Part shown: piece after piece, positions 1 to 8,840 of the stretch
Numbering within the stretch: the stretch's first letter is position 1
Layout of the letters: the number at the start of each line of letters is the position of its first letter
From: a virus
Virus record (IMG/VR): IMGVR_UViG_3300022554_000002
Span: 64,001 to 128,000 of that record
Direction: 5' to 3' (one strand)
DNA: 64,000 nucleotides
Notes under the pieces: model-generated
Database searches by the model: none
Told to the model about the DNA's origin: nothing
What the model saw: the letters and a program-made list of their open reading frames with translations, nothing else
Made by a program: the position numbers and the translations under genes

Positions 1-20
1 GACAAAGCCTTGTCTAGTCT

Positions 21-686
21 TCATGGGTTATTCTTCTTTTCAGCAGCAGTATATGCTGTAGTCATATCAACACCCTGCCCACCTGTTCGATGTGACTGAG
101 TATGAGCAGACAAAGCCAAATAAACACAACGAACACCACCACCAGTATGTTTAAAATTACAACTGGATGCTCCTGCAATACCATAGGAAGCACCTTCAGC
201 AAATGCATCCTGATTAGCACCAAGGAACACAAATTCCCACTTCTTACCCTGCTGTGTCTTAATCATTTCCTGAATCTGTGACTTAGTGAAATCACTACTG
301 GCATTTTCCTGCCCATCCGTAATAATTGCAACAATAACTTTCTTTGGTTGTTTCTTCTTAGGAGTGCTGTCAATACGACGATTTACAGCGTCAATCGTTC
401 GGCCAACAGCATCTAATAAAGCAGTGCTGCCAGAAGGAACATAACTGTTATCATCCAAATCCTTAACATCCTTAATGGGAACACCGTCATAAAGTAAGCT
501 GTACTCAGCATTAAACAATGCCAATGATACCTTAATATCGCCACCTAACTTCTTTTGGTCCGCTAGTAAGGTATTAAAACCACCAATAGTATCTGTGCGA
601 ACGCAACCCATTGAACCGGACTTATCAAGAACAACAATAAGCTCAGTGGGAACCTTCTTAGTCTTTACTGCCTTTTTCTTTGCCAT
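21..686 (-). CDS. von Willebrand factor A (vWA) domain protein
   Basis: MIDAS-type motifs VVLDKSGSM, TALLDAVG and ITDGQEN. Confidence 0.9.
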   Translation of the reverse strand: MAKKKAVKTKKVPTELIVVLDKSGSMGCVRTDTIGGFNTLLADQKKLGGDIKVSLALFNAEYSLLYDGVPIKDVKDLDDNSYVPSGSTALLDAVGRTIDAVNRRIDSTPKKKQPKKVIVAIITDGQENASSDFTKSQIQEMIKTQQGKKWEFVFLGANQDAFAEGASYGIAGASSCNFKHTGGGVRCVYLALSAHTQSHRTGGQGVDMTTAYTAAEKKNNP

Positions 687-818
687 TTTCCTTCTCCTTT
701 ATAAATTTTTCTAACTTTTCAACCCTTGACTCTAAACCAAAAATTATAAAACAAAGGGGAAAAACAATTCCTATTACAATAGGTAAATGTTCTAAAAGAA
801 AGTTTAACTGTTGCATAA

Positions 819-1028
819 TCATGAGTAATTAGCCGGTGGATTTAACAAATTATCCAAAATATTAAACAACTTCTGTTTAGCCAACTCAATATCCTGTTCT
901 GAAACTGTATTTGGTGTATCATCATCAATATAACCATTTCTTCGATGCCATTGATGTTCAGTTTCTTCCTGAATAACTCTTGCAATAACTTCAACTGCTG
1001 CTTTTTCATATTTTGTCATAATTAACAT
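819..1028 (-). CDS. hypothetical protein
   Basis: 69-aa ORF co-oriented in gene string, AGGA RBS upstream. Confidence 0.6.
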   Translation of the reverse strand: MLIMTKYEKAAVEVIARVIQEETEHQWHRRNGYIDDDTPNTVSEQDIELAKQKLFNILDNLLNPPANYS

Positions 1029-1037
1029 TCCTAATCT

Positions 1038-1244
1038 TTAAACCTTTGGAGCTGCCCCTGTAAGTTTTGTATAAATTTCAATTGCTATAAGTTTTACCTC
1101 AAAATCATCATAAGTAACTTGTGGACCTTCACCCATTTGTTGCATTCCACTAATAAGATTTAATGCCTTATCCAATTTTAGATGAAGTTGATAACACTCT
1201 GCCATAGAGTGGTCACCATTACCCATAAAAATCTGGCTACTCAT
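1038..1244 (-). CDS. hypothetical protein
   Basis: 68-aa ORF abutting neighbours. Confidence 0.6.
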   Translation of the reverse strand: MSSQIFMGNGDHSMAECYQLHLKLDKALNLISGMQQMGEGPQVTYDDFEVKLIAIEIYTKLTGAAPKV

Positions 1245-1245
1245 A

Positions 1246-1581
1246 TTATTCTTTCCCAGTAATTGTCTTAATTACATCAATACTAACTTTAGTCATATTT
1301 TCTCTAACCCATTCTGGAGTTGTAATTGATGGAATAACACCCCACCGCTTATCATCTTCATAATAAGTATAGACCTTATTATTTTCAATTTTATAATAAA
1401 ACTTATTATAAAAATAATACTTTACTTTTTCCTTCTTCTTCTCAGGCTGAATAACAAGCTTTACAACTTTTAAGGCGTAGTCACCCTCACAATATTCTCT
1501 TGCTTCTTTACGAGAAGAGAAAGTTCGTTCAAATAAATAATCACCTACAGTATCATATGCTCCCCAACAATGCTTTGCCAT
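1246..1581 (-). CDS. hypothetical protein
   Basis: ORF track 1246..1602; start moved to MAKHCW (ATG 1581), which follows an AAGGAG RBS and lies downstream of a promoter. Confidence 0.65.
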   Translation of the reverse strand: MAKHCWGAYDTVGDYLFERTFSSRKEAREYCEGDYALKVVKLVIQPEKKKEKVKYYFYNKFYYKIENNKVYTYYEDDKRWGVIPSITTPEWVRENMTKVSIDVIKTITGKE

Positions 1582-1600
1582 TTTAATCTCCTTATGATTC

Positions 1601-1628
1601 ATTATACAGACAAACTTTGAAATGTCAA
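1601..1628 (-). promoter_or_regulatory. sigma70-type promoter TTGACA-N16-TATAAT
   Basis: minus strand cTTGACA tttcaaagtttgtctg TATAAT. Confidence 0.8.
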
Positions 1629-1641
1629 GAAGAAAATATTA

Positions 1642-2001
1642 CTAAACTGGCTCTATACTATCTTTTCCTCTTAATTCTTGCTTAAATTTTTCCCTCTCGC
1701 ACTTAAGCTTTTTTCTCTCCATAAATTTATCAAACATTAGTTGTCTTTTAGCATGAATTTTTTTAAACATAAATTTCGGGCTAACATCAATAAATGCATC
1801 ACAAAAACCTGTGAACATGTGGTATAAAAAACGAAAATAAAGATAAACTCTGCCAAGAAAATTATTATACAAATTAGGATATAATGCTTTTTGTAAATCA
1901 AACTTTAAATTTGATCTTATCCACATATGAAAATAAAACATTATCTTAAGATGAATTACGTATGCTCTTAATGTACTTAATTTAATTTGTTTCTGCACCA
2001 C
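1642..2001 (-). CDS. hypothetical protein, hydrophobic N-terminal half
   Basis: 119-aa ORF, AAGGA RBS upstream. Confidence 0.55.
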   Translation of the reverse strand: MVQKQIKLSTLRAYVIHLKIMFYFHMWIRSNLKFDLQKALYPNLYNNFLGRVYLYFRFLYHMFTGFCDAFIDVSPKFMFKKIHAKRQLMFDKFMERKKLKCEREKFKQELRGKDSIEPV

Positions 2002-2096
2002 TATCTTTCCTTTATGTAATAAATGCTTGATACATTATATTTACACCAAGCATTTATTACAACACATCATCATTTTAGTATCAGCCGCTTATTAAA

Positions 2097-2408
2097 TTAC
2101 TTATAAATAGCAAGATAAACTGTTTCTTTGGAACAACCCACAATATCGGCAACCTTTTCCGCATCAGAATATATACTATAAAGACTCCTAATTCGTTCAC
2201 GTGAAAACTTCTTTGGCCACGGCCTATTAATATAAACTGTTTCTTTAGTGCATTCTTTTGGTCGTGGCAAACCAGCTTTTGCCATTTGAATCAGAACAGA
2301 CTTCATCTTTCGAGTTTTCCACGCCTTGACTGCTGCATCATGCCTAGCCTGCTTCTTGCGACGAATCGTAACCCATGCCTTCTTTGCTGCTTTTTGCATC
2401 TTTGTCAT
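2097..2408 (-). CDS. small basic HTH protein carrying a partial HA-like repeat
   Basis: Two AAxKAWxT(I/R)R motifs; MAKAGLPRP shared with the helicase C-terminus; C-terminal HTH-like AEKVADIVGCSKETVYLAI. Confidence 0.7.
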   Translation of the reverse strand: MTKMQKAAKKAWVTIRRKKQARHDAAVKAWKTRKMKSVLIQMAKAGLPRPKECTKETVYINRPWPKKFSRERIRSLYSIYSDAEKVADIVGCSKETVYLAIYK

Positions 2409-2433
2409 TTTCTCTCTCCTTTATCCTCATCAA

Positions 2434-2461
2434 ATTATACAAGCAACTCTTGAAATGTCAA
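2434..2461 (-). promoter_or_regulatory. sigma70-type promoter TTGACA-N16-TATAAT
   Basis: minus strand cTTGACA tttcaagagttgcttg TATAAT upstream of ORF 2097..2408. Confidence 0.8.
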
Positions 2462-3177
2462 GCACAAAATTTTGCTACAGTTGTGATAAATTCAGTTCTC
2501 CTATTATCGTTTTTCGATATATAGGACTTACTGAACAATTCACATGGTAGCACATGTCCCGATTGTTTAATTGCTGCTGCTAGATATATCTCTGTTGGCA
2601 ATGATAGGTTAGTATGTAACCCGGAAATTTTTGCCTGTTGTAATAACTGCTTATTAATCTCACATGTATCATGGTGACTACGACCTCTTCCAAAAGTCAG
2701 AATCATGGTAGAGGTAAGATTTAGCATGTTTGCTTCAAGAATCTTAAGAATACCATGTTTGTAATGATTTTCATAGTCAGGTTGTGATAGAAAGTCAAGG
2801 TAGATCAAATCAAATGGTTGCCCATCAGACTGCCAATAGGCTTCATCCAGCGCACGTGAGAGGGGTTCTGGATGCTCTGTAGTCTTCATGCCTTTAAGGA
2901 TTTGACGGTCTGGATGCTGGCATAGTTTGATTTCCTTATGCACATCGTAGGAATCATTGTGCTGCTCTACAGAGTTATCTTCGATTGCAAAGAGGTTAGA
3001 GGCTGGAACACCATTCTCCACTAGATAAAATGCCTCATGCCCAAATAGATTAGGCATCAGTAGTGCTCTGAAATTCTTAGAGAGTGATAAAGATTCTAGA
3101 ATAGGGTGTAGAATCTTATCCTTCTCTTTACAGAAGGTATCACGAGACTTACGAGATTTACTAAATAATGTTTGCAT
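2458..3177 (-). CDS. class I SAM-dependent methyltransferase-like protein
   Basis: Rossmann-like pattern: degenerate motif I (RALLMPNLFGHE), acidic end of beta2 (NLFAIED), FDLIYLDF. Confidence 0.5.
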   Translation of the reverse strand: MQTLFSKSRKSRDTFCKEKDKILHPILESLSLSKNFRALLMPNLFGHEAFYLVENGVPASNLFAIEDNSVEQHNDSYDVHKEIKLCQHPDRQILKGMKTTEHPEPLSRALDEAYWQSDGQPFDLIYLDFLSQPDYENHYKHGILKILEANMLNLTSTMILTFGRGRSHHDTCEINKQLLQQAKISGLHTNLSLPTEIYLAAAIKQSGHVLPCELFSKSYISKNDNRRTEFITTVAKFCA

Positions 3178-3185
3178 TATTTAAA

Positions 3186-3734
3186 TTATATTTTTTCTGG
3201 TAAAATATTAGGATAAGGAACACCTACATTACTTGGATGTATATTTCCAAAAGATGCAATACATTTTGGACAACCGCACATTAATTGTGCAATACAATCG
3301 TTACTTTCCAAACTTATAGGTTTTATTTTTGCTTGCCAATTACCTACTATTAAATCTACACCAACACATAAAGGTAAAATTTGTGCAACGTGGGCCACTT
3401 TTGGGTCAGAAGTTTCTGACAAAAAAGTTTGTACTTTTTTTGCTTCTTGAAGACCCCTAGTAATGGGACACTTTCCTTTAGGTATTCGTCTAGATATACA
3501 TAGAAAAAAATGTTTATATAAATCATATCCTAATTCTGAAACAATGGAATTCCTAATTTTTATCAGTTGCTCTGTGATTTCTTTTTGTTTTGTTTTATTT
3601 TCAAAACAATTTTCTAACAGTAATTTATGCTGCTCACAAAAAGTAAGCAGGGGGATAAAGTGCTCAAAAATATCTCCTTTTTCAATACTATGTATAAGTT
3701 TTGAATTTTCTTTAAGCCAAGGAAAGCGATTCAT
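3186..3734 (-). CDS. hypothetical protein
   Basis: 182-aa ORF with C-terminal CGCPKC. Confidence 0.6.
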   Translation of the reverse strand: MNRFPWLKENSKLIHSIEKGDIFEHFIPLLTFCEQHKLLLENCFENKTKQKEITEQLIKIRNSIVSELGYDLYKHFFLCISRRIPKGKCPITRGLQEAKKVQTFLSETSDPKVAHVAQILPLCVGVDLIVGNWQAKIKPISLESNDCIAQLMCGCPKCIASFGNIHPSNVGVPYPNILPEKI

Positions 3735-3749
3735 TATTTTTCCTCCTGT

Positions 3750-4715
3750 TTAACTAAAAAACTTGCCATCCCATTTCCAATTAGGTAATTCTTCTAATAG
3801 CTTAATTCTTTCTAGTGTCATTTTACCTCTCCCAAAACCTTTTTTACTTTTTCGTTGTGTACTAATCCATAAACCCAAACTTTTCTCTATTATATCTTTA
3901 GATTCTTTGCTTGGATATTTTTTATTAGTTTTAATAAATTTTTTTAATTCATTATATTTATTAAACCATTTTTCATTTAAATCCAATTCCCACCGCCAAT
4001 TAAATAACTGTTCAAGTAATTTAATTCTTTGTCTTATTAATTTATTCTTTTTCTTCATACTGCGTTGAGTATTAATCCACGTATAAAGTTTGTTTTCTTT
4101 TTTATTTTGTGTAGGAAATCTGCTATTAACTTTAATGAACTGTTTTAATTCATTATATTTAATATTCCAAATTTTATCTAAATCTAATTCCCATTGCCAA
4201 TTAGGTAATGATTCCAACAATTTAATTCTCTCCCTTGTTAAGTTATTACGCATTTGTCCTTTTTTAGCAGCCCGTTGATTTGAAATCCAATACAAAATTT
4301 TTATTTCTTTTTTATCTTTAGAAGCATAAGTAGGATACCTATTATTAATATTAATAAATTCTTTTAATTCATTGTATTTTTCATTCCAAATATCATCTTT
4401 TGTAAAAAACCAATCAGGTCTTATTTGTTTAATAATATTAACAAAGTTTTTGTCTCTAAGCATATATTGATATAGAGCGCAACCTAAAGCAGTAGTCATT
4501 TTTGGTTTTTCTTTTCCATTTTTAGCCAATTCAAGTATTTTTTCTCTTTGGATATTAGCTTTATCAAATTGTGTAATAAACCAATCAGGTCTTATTTGTT
4601 TAATAATATTAACAAAGTTTTTATCATAGCACGGACTATTCATACTAATATAAGCACTAAACCTACTGCCTAATATATCATTTTTATTTGGGCGTTTCGT
4701 TCCTTTTTTAGCCAT
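3750..4715 (-). CDS. helicase-associated (HA, PF03457-like) repeat protein; probably the 3' part of a gene split at TAA 4728-4730
   Basis: Three W..KYNELK.F...N..(Y/F)P...W...QR...RIKLLE.L.NW.W units preceded by two IRPDWF units. Confidence 0.85.
   Translation of the reverse strand: MAKKGTKRPNKNDILGSRFSAYISMNSPCYDKNFVNIIKQIRPDWFITQFDKANIQREKILELAKNGKEKPKMTTALGCALYQYMLRDKNFVNIIKQIRPDWFFTKDDIWNEKYNELKEFININNRYPTYASKDKKEIKILYWISNQRAAKKGQMRNNLTRERIKLLESLPNWQWELDLDKIWNIKYNELKQFIKVNSRFPTQNKKENKLYTWINTQRSMKKKNKLIRQRIKLLEQLFNWRWELDLNEKWFNKYNELKKFIKTNKKYPSKESKDIIEKSLGLWISTQRKSKKGFGRGKMTLERIKLLEELPNWKWDGKFFS
4407..4622. repeat. exact 45-bp direct repeat (4407-4451 and 4578-4622)
   Basis: aaaccaatcaggtcttatttgtttaataatattaacaaagttttt occurs twice, 171 bp apart; encodes KNFVNIIKQIRPDWF. 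Confidence 0.95.
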
Positions 4716-4727
4716 TTCAATAAGTTT

Positions 4728-5111
4728 TTACTTGTTGATTTCAACGCTGTCTTCAAACCAAGCTGGTTGTTTATTTTTAATTTTTTTTGTAAATTCTAAA
4801 TCAAATTGTGCTTTTTTAGGGTTTGTATAACAGCATAAAGCAGACCCAAGTACACTGGTTACATCTGGTTTTTGAGACTCTTTAGGCATATTTAATAGTT
4901 CATTTTTCTTTTCATTAACTTTATCATATTGTGTTATAAACCAATCTGCCCTAAGTTGTTTAAGATTATTAGTAAAATGTTCATCATACATTGCTGAGTT
5001 CTTATTAGTATAAGAAAAAAGATTATGTAAAAACTTTCCTGTAGTATACTTCTCCCATATCTTATCCTTTATGGCTTGCTCAATCTGCTTTTCATCTTCC
5101 CAAAGTTCCAT
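4728..5111 (-). CDS. HA-like repeat protein (5' part of split gene)
   Basis: MELWED N-terminus plus two repeats ending RADWF and QPAWF; in frame with the downstream ORF across one TAA. Confidence 0.75.
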   Translation of the reverse strand: MELWEDEKQIEQAIKDKIWEKYTTGKFLHNLFSYTNKNSAMYDEHFTNNLKQLRADWFITQYDKVNEKKNELLNMPKESQKPDVTSVLGSALCCYTNPKKAQFDLEFTKKIKNKQPAWFEDSVEINK

Positions 5112-5882
5112 AATTACTTACTCCTAAACCATTGTGGTGCCAACTTACGAATCTCAATATCAAATTGCTCGTCATAAGATTTACTAGTCTTACACGTATA
5201 ATTAGCCAAAAAAGAATGTAGTTTTTTCTCAGTTACATAATTAGGTCGAGATTCTTTATTTATTGCACGTCGTAGCAATTCCTGCTGTGCTTGATTACCT
5301 TCAAATGATTTGCCTTTAAGAAACCAATCAGGACGTACTGCCCGAAGTTCAGTTTCAAAAGTGGGAAAAAATCCCTTCCTAGATAGATGAAAATATGAAT
5401 AAATAAGATGCTTCTGCTTTTTATCTGGCTTTGGTTCTCCGTTTTTTGCCATTTGTAAAAACTGCTCTCTATTTTGTGCTCCTGTATCTTTTTGTCTAAT
5501 AAGCCATGAGGGATTAATTTTACGAATAGTATTTACAAAGTTAACATCATATTCTCCCTCTCGTTTGCGAGTATAACGATAAAAAGCTTCAGTGAGTTTA
5601 TTCCTTTTACCATTACTATCTTCAGATTTTGGTTTTGAATTACCATTTTTTGCCAAGGCTATAAGTTTCTTTTTATTTACTCGTGCACTATAACCAGCAA
5701 ACCATTCTGGACTTAACCTTTTTAACACCTTTTTAAAATTAACATCATAACAAAAATGTGAAGAAGATAAATAATGGTCCAAAACTCTACTTAATTGTTT
5801 TTCTGTATATTTTTCCCAAATTTTATCCTTTACAGCTTGTTCAATTTGTTTAGGGTCTTCCCAAAGTTCCATAATTACTTAC
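5095..5882. repeat. exact 27-bp direct repeat spanning a stop/start junction (5095-5121 and 5856-5882)
   Basis: tcttcccaaagttccataattacttac occurs twice, 761 bp apart. Confidence 0.95.
5114..5872 (-). CDS. HA-like repeat protein with four repeats
   Basis: MELWED N-terminus; units ending SPEWF, NPSWL, RPDWF, APQWF, mostly with a (L/M)AKNG..KP start. Confidence 0.8.
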   Translation of the reverse strand: MELWEDPKQIEQAVKDKIWEKYTEKQLSRVLDHYLSSSHFCYDVNFKKVLKRLSPEWFAGYSARVNKKKLIALAKNGNSKPKSEDSNGKRNKLTEAFYRYTRKREGEYDVNFVNTIRKINPSWLIRQKDTGAQNREQFLQMAKNGEPKPDKKQKHLIYSYFHLSRKGFFPTFETELRAVRPDWFLKGKSFEGNQAQQELLRRAINKESRPNYVTEKKLHSFLANYTCKTSKSYDEQFDIEIRKLAPQWFRSK

Positions 5883-7425
5883 CCTTACATTTATAAGAAG
5901 GTCTTGGAAGTCCTGCCTTAGCCATTGCAATCAAGGCAAGTTTCTTCATTTCTGCATCCCTATCCTCTACACCACTTTCCTTCCTAATCCAAGCCTCATA
6001 ATTTTCCATACCAAGAGAAGTAATGTCAAATCCATCCCTATTAGCAAAAATATTACCATCTTTACCAATCTTAGGACGATTAGAACCACCACGTTGTGCA
6101 ATAGTTCTAATTCCGCAACAAAGCCTCATAACCCTAGTACGCATCACCTGATAATCAATAAACACTGCTTCACGTTTAACCAGACAACAATCAGCATCAG
6201 TTTCAGATGGCAACCTCATAACACGTCCAAGAGCCTGTAGCAACTTATTCTCAGACTTAATTCGTGCAATACAATGACAATACTTCAATCGTGGAATGTT
6301 AATCGACTCCACACCCAACATCACTGTAACAAAGCCAATACACTCACCAGAATTTAATTTCTGTTGAATTGCTTCGCGTTCTTTTGGAGGAATTCCATCA
6401 ATACCTAATTTCTTATCACCTGAAACGTAAGCAATAAATCCTTCGTATCCAAGACGCTTATTTAGAATATTACAAAGGTCCGTTGCTTCGCTTTGACGTG
6501 ACACAAATACAGCATGTCCAGCAGGTTTCTTAGCTCCCCGCTCCTTAGCACTCTCTTCTTCCAACTTAACTGTCTTCAAAATTCCATCAGCACACAAATC
6601 AAGATATTTAAGTAGCTTCTTTCGTGCCATTCGTAACAAAACCATTTCACTACGATTAACAATCTCTTCATCATTAACTTTAATATCAATTGGAACACTC
6701 ATACCATACAGTGAAGACAAAGAGCCTTCCAGAATCAACTGTTGAGCAGTAACCTTAATATCTGGTGTGTGTTGCCCAAAGGGTGCCTTACCATCTGCAC
6801 GTCCATAAGTGCCTGTAACCGCCAAAACGTGTGCACCTTGTGTCATTGCCTTCTTACGAATAATCTTTTCAACTTTTCCAATAATTGCAGTTTCGTTTTC
6901 AGGGTCATGTGGAATACGGTGAACTTCATCAATGATAACAAGTCCAGCCTGTCCCAATGCTCCACTAATTACTACATCTGAAGCACCCTTAACAACGTCA
7001 TAAGGTGTAACAATGTAAACCATTGCATTCGGTGGGAATAGTTCCATACTCGTATTATATCGTGCATAAATGTACGATTCTGGAAGAATTCCCATGTGTT
7101 GGGTCAGAACACGCTTAAACTCCTTAACGAAGTGCACCATAGCATCACGTTTAGGAGAAATGAATACAACTCGTTTACCATCCTTAAGATAAGGAAGTGC
7201 AGCAGTAGCAGTAAGAATAGTCTTACCACCAGCACAGTAAATCTCTGCACCTACAAGTTGTTGCTTATTAAGGAGTTCTGGCAATTGGTTAACAACCGTT
7301 TGCTGGAATCCACGAAGAACAATAGGCTTATTCTCAGGAGTCCAAGGGTTTATAAGGTGATTATGCTCTAATACCTTATAAAGACAGTCAAAACTCTTAT
7401 CCGTCTGTGTTTGAATAGTTTCCAT
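5875..7425 (-). CDS. SF2 DExH helicase (type III restriction Res-like)
   Basis: Motif I YCAGGKT, II DEVH, III TGT, V LGVESINIP, VI QALGRVMR. Confidence 0.85.
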   Translation of the reverse strand: METIQTQTDKSFDCLYKVLEHNHLINPWTPENKPIVLRGFQQTVVNQLPELLNKQQLVGAEIYCAGGKTILTATAALPYLKDGKRVVFISPKRDAMVHFVKEFKRVLTQHMGILPESYIYARYNTSMELFPPNAMVYIVTPYDVVKGASDVVISGALGQAGLVIIDEVHRIPHDPENETAIIGKVEKIIRKKAMTQGAHVLAVTGTYGRADGKAPFGQHTPDIKVTAQQLILEGSLSSLYGMSVPIDIKVNDEEIVNRSEMVLLRMARKKLLKYLDLCADGILKTVKLEEESAKERGAKKPAGHAVFVSRQSEATDLCNILNKRLGYEGFIAYVSGDKKLGIDGIPPKEREAIQQKLNSGECIGFVTVMLGVESINIPRLKYCHCIARIKSENKLLQALGRVMRLPSETDADCCLVKREAVFIDYQVMRTRVMRLCCGIRTIAQRGGSNRPKIGKDGNIFANRDGFDITSLGMENYEAWIRKESGVEDRDAEMKKLALIAMAKAGLPRPSYKCKGK

Positions 7426-7446
7426 AAATAACCCTTTCTACTTAGT

Positions 7447-7475
7447 ATTATAATAAGAAGCTAAGGAATTGTCAA
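7447..7475 (-). promoter_or_regulatory. perfect sigma70 consensus promoter TTGACA-N17-TATAAT
   Basis: minus strand cTTGACA attccttagcttcttat TATAAT, 22 nt upstream of the helicase ATG. Confidence 0.85.
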
Positions 7476-8836
7476 GAAGAAAATGCAAGCTTTCTAGCAT
7501 AGCTATCATAATCAGCTTGACTTGGATTATAGAATAGCATTCGATTATAATCTGTATGAATGGTATAGGTATAACCGCAAGCCTGATCACGATATGCATC
7601 CAAATAAATTCGCATTTTATTGGCTTTCTTTTCAGCGTCAGTTACATTTAATGTAGCCAAAAGATCAGCAACACGTACTTTACTATAACAGTCAGCCAAA
7701 TTTTGCCTTGTGTAGACGAAATTTTCATCAATTCTAGGATTCGACCCCATTGGTGCACGTGTAACCTGTGAAGCAGTCCACATCACCACATTATATGTAT
7801 TGGCAATGGTTTTCAAATCCCGATAAACCGACTGCTGATCCAAATATGTATTACCTTCTCCACCCTTTCTTGGAGTTAGCAAATCACCATAGTCTACAAT
7901 CACCAAATCAGGTTTAAAGTTATATTTTGCAAGATTATCCAACTCTTCTACAATGTGCAATGGAGTCCTATCAAAATCCAACATATTACAAACTACCAAT
8001 GAATTACCATACTTCTCATAATTCCTATATGCTTCCTGTGGAATGGCATTATGAACTACATCAGTATAAGATTGTAACAGGAATCGTGAATCGTAACGAT
8101 CATCCGTCTGTCCATCACGTCCCTCAAGATTAATATGCAATACTTTATAATTTCCATGATATCGCATACAAACATAAGCACCAACATTCATAAGGAAAAT
8201 AGACTTACCAACTTTGGCATCTGCAACAACGACACCCATTTCGCCTTTGGCTAGTCCACCACCTGTCTGACTGTCTAATGGGAATACACCCATTTCAATA
8301 CGTTCTACACCCTGTTCAAAACAACTTCTACGAGTAATACGTTTTTGAATGTCATTAAAAAAGAATGTTCGTTTTGGTGGTTCCAAGCTTACTTTGTTAC
8401 ACACGTCAATAACCTCCTGATTAGTTGTTAGTGCACCATCAATGTCATTCTTTTCATACTGGGACTTAATCTTGTCGTATCCCCGAACGAAAATATGACG
8501 TTTTATGAATCGTGTCAAATTGTCCAACAAGTATTCTTTGTCTGTACTGCTGTCAATGTCCCTAACTTCCTTCAGAACCGTAATATACTGTGGCCATTGA
8601 TCCTGTGGAAGTGTTTCCTGAATGAAATTAATATAAACATCAATTGTGATACCCTTATCATATTTTTTGTAATATTCTACCATCTTCTTATAAATCCACT
8701 GAAGCTGTTCAGTGTCAAAGAATTGTGGTTTAGCATGTTCAATAATTCGACCTAACATTAATGGATCATTTAACAACAAATTGAGTAACTTCTTTTGAAA
8801 CTCAATACCAAATGGAAAACGTTCTTCTTCTGCCAT
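7472..8836 (-). CDS. dnaB: DnaB-like (SF4) replicative helicase
   Basis: Walker A GEMGVVVADAKVGKS, H1a LEG, H2 VIVDYGDLL, H3 TASQV. Confidence 0.88.
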   Translation of the reverse strand: MAEEERFPFGIEFQKKLLNLLLNDPLMLGRIIEHAKPQFFDTEQLQWIYKKMVEYYKKYDKGITIDVYINFIQETLPQDQWPQYITVLKEVRDIDSSTDKEYLLDNLTRFIKRHIFVRGYDKIKSQYEKNDIDGALTTNQEVIDVCNKVSLEPPKRTFFFNDIQKRITRRSCFEQGVERIEMGVFPLDSQTGGGLAKGEMGVVVADAKVGKSIFLMNVGAYVCMRYHGNYKVLHINLEGRDGQTDDRYDSRFLLQSYTDVVHNAIPQEAYRNYEKYGNSLVVCNMLDFDRTPLHIVEELDNLAKYNFKPDLVIVDYGDLLTPRKGGEGNTYLDQQSVYRDLKTIANTYNVVMWTASQVTRAPMGSNPRIDENFVYTRQNLADCYSKVRVADLLATLNVTDAEKKANKMRIYLDAYRDQACGYTYTIHTDYNRMLFYNPSQADYDSYARKLAFSS

Positions 8837-8840
8837 TCAA

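Noticed and set aside
770-783. Palindrome cctatt-ac-aatagg upstream of the vWA gene
   Set aside because: Single AT-rich copy, not found repeated elsewhere by eye; could be chance
3750-5872. Diversity-generating retroelement or shufflon interpretation of the repeats
   Set aside because: No reverse transcriptase, invertase, adenine-biased TR/VR pair or inverted recombination sites in the window
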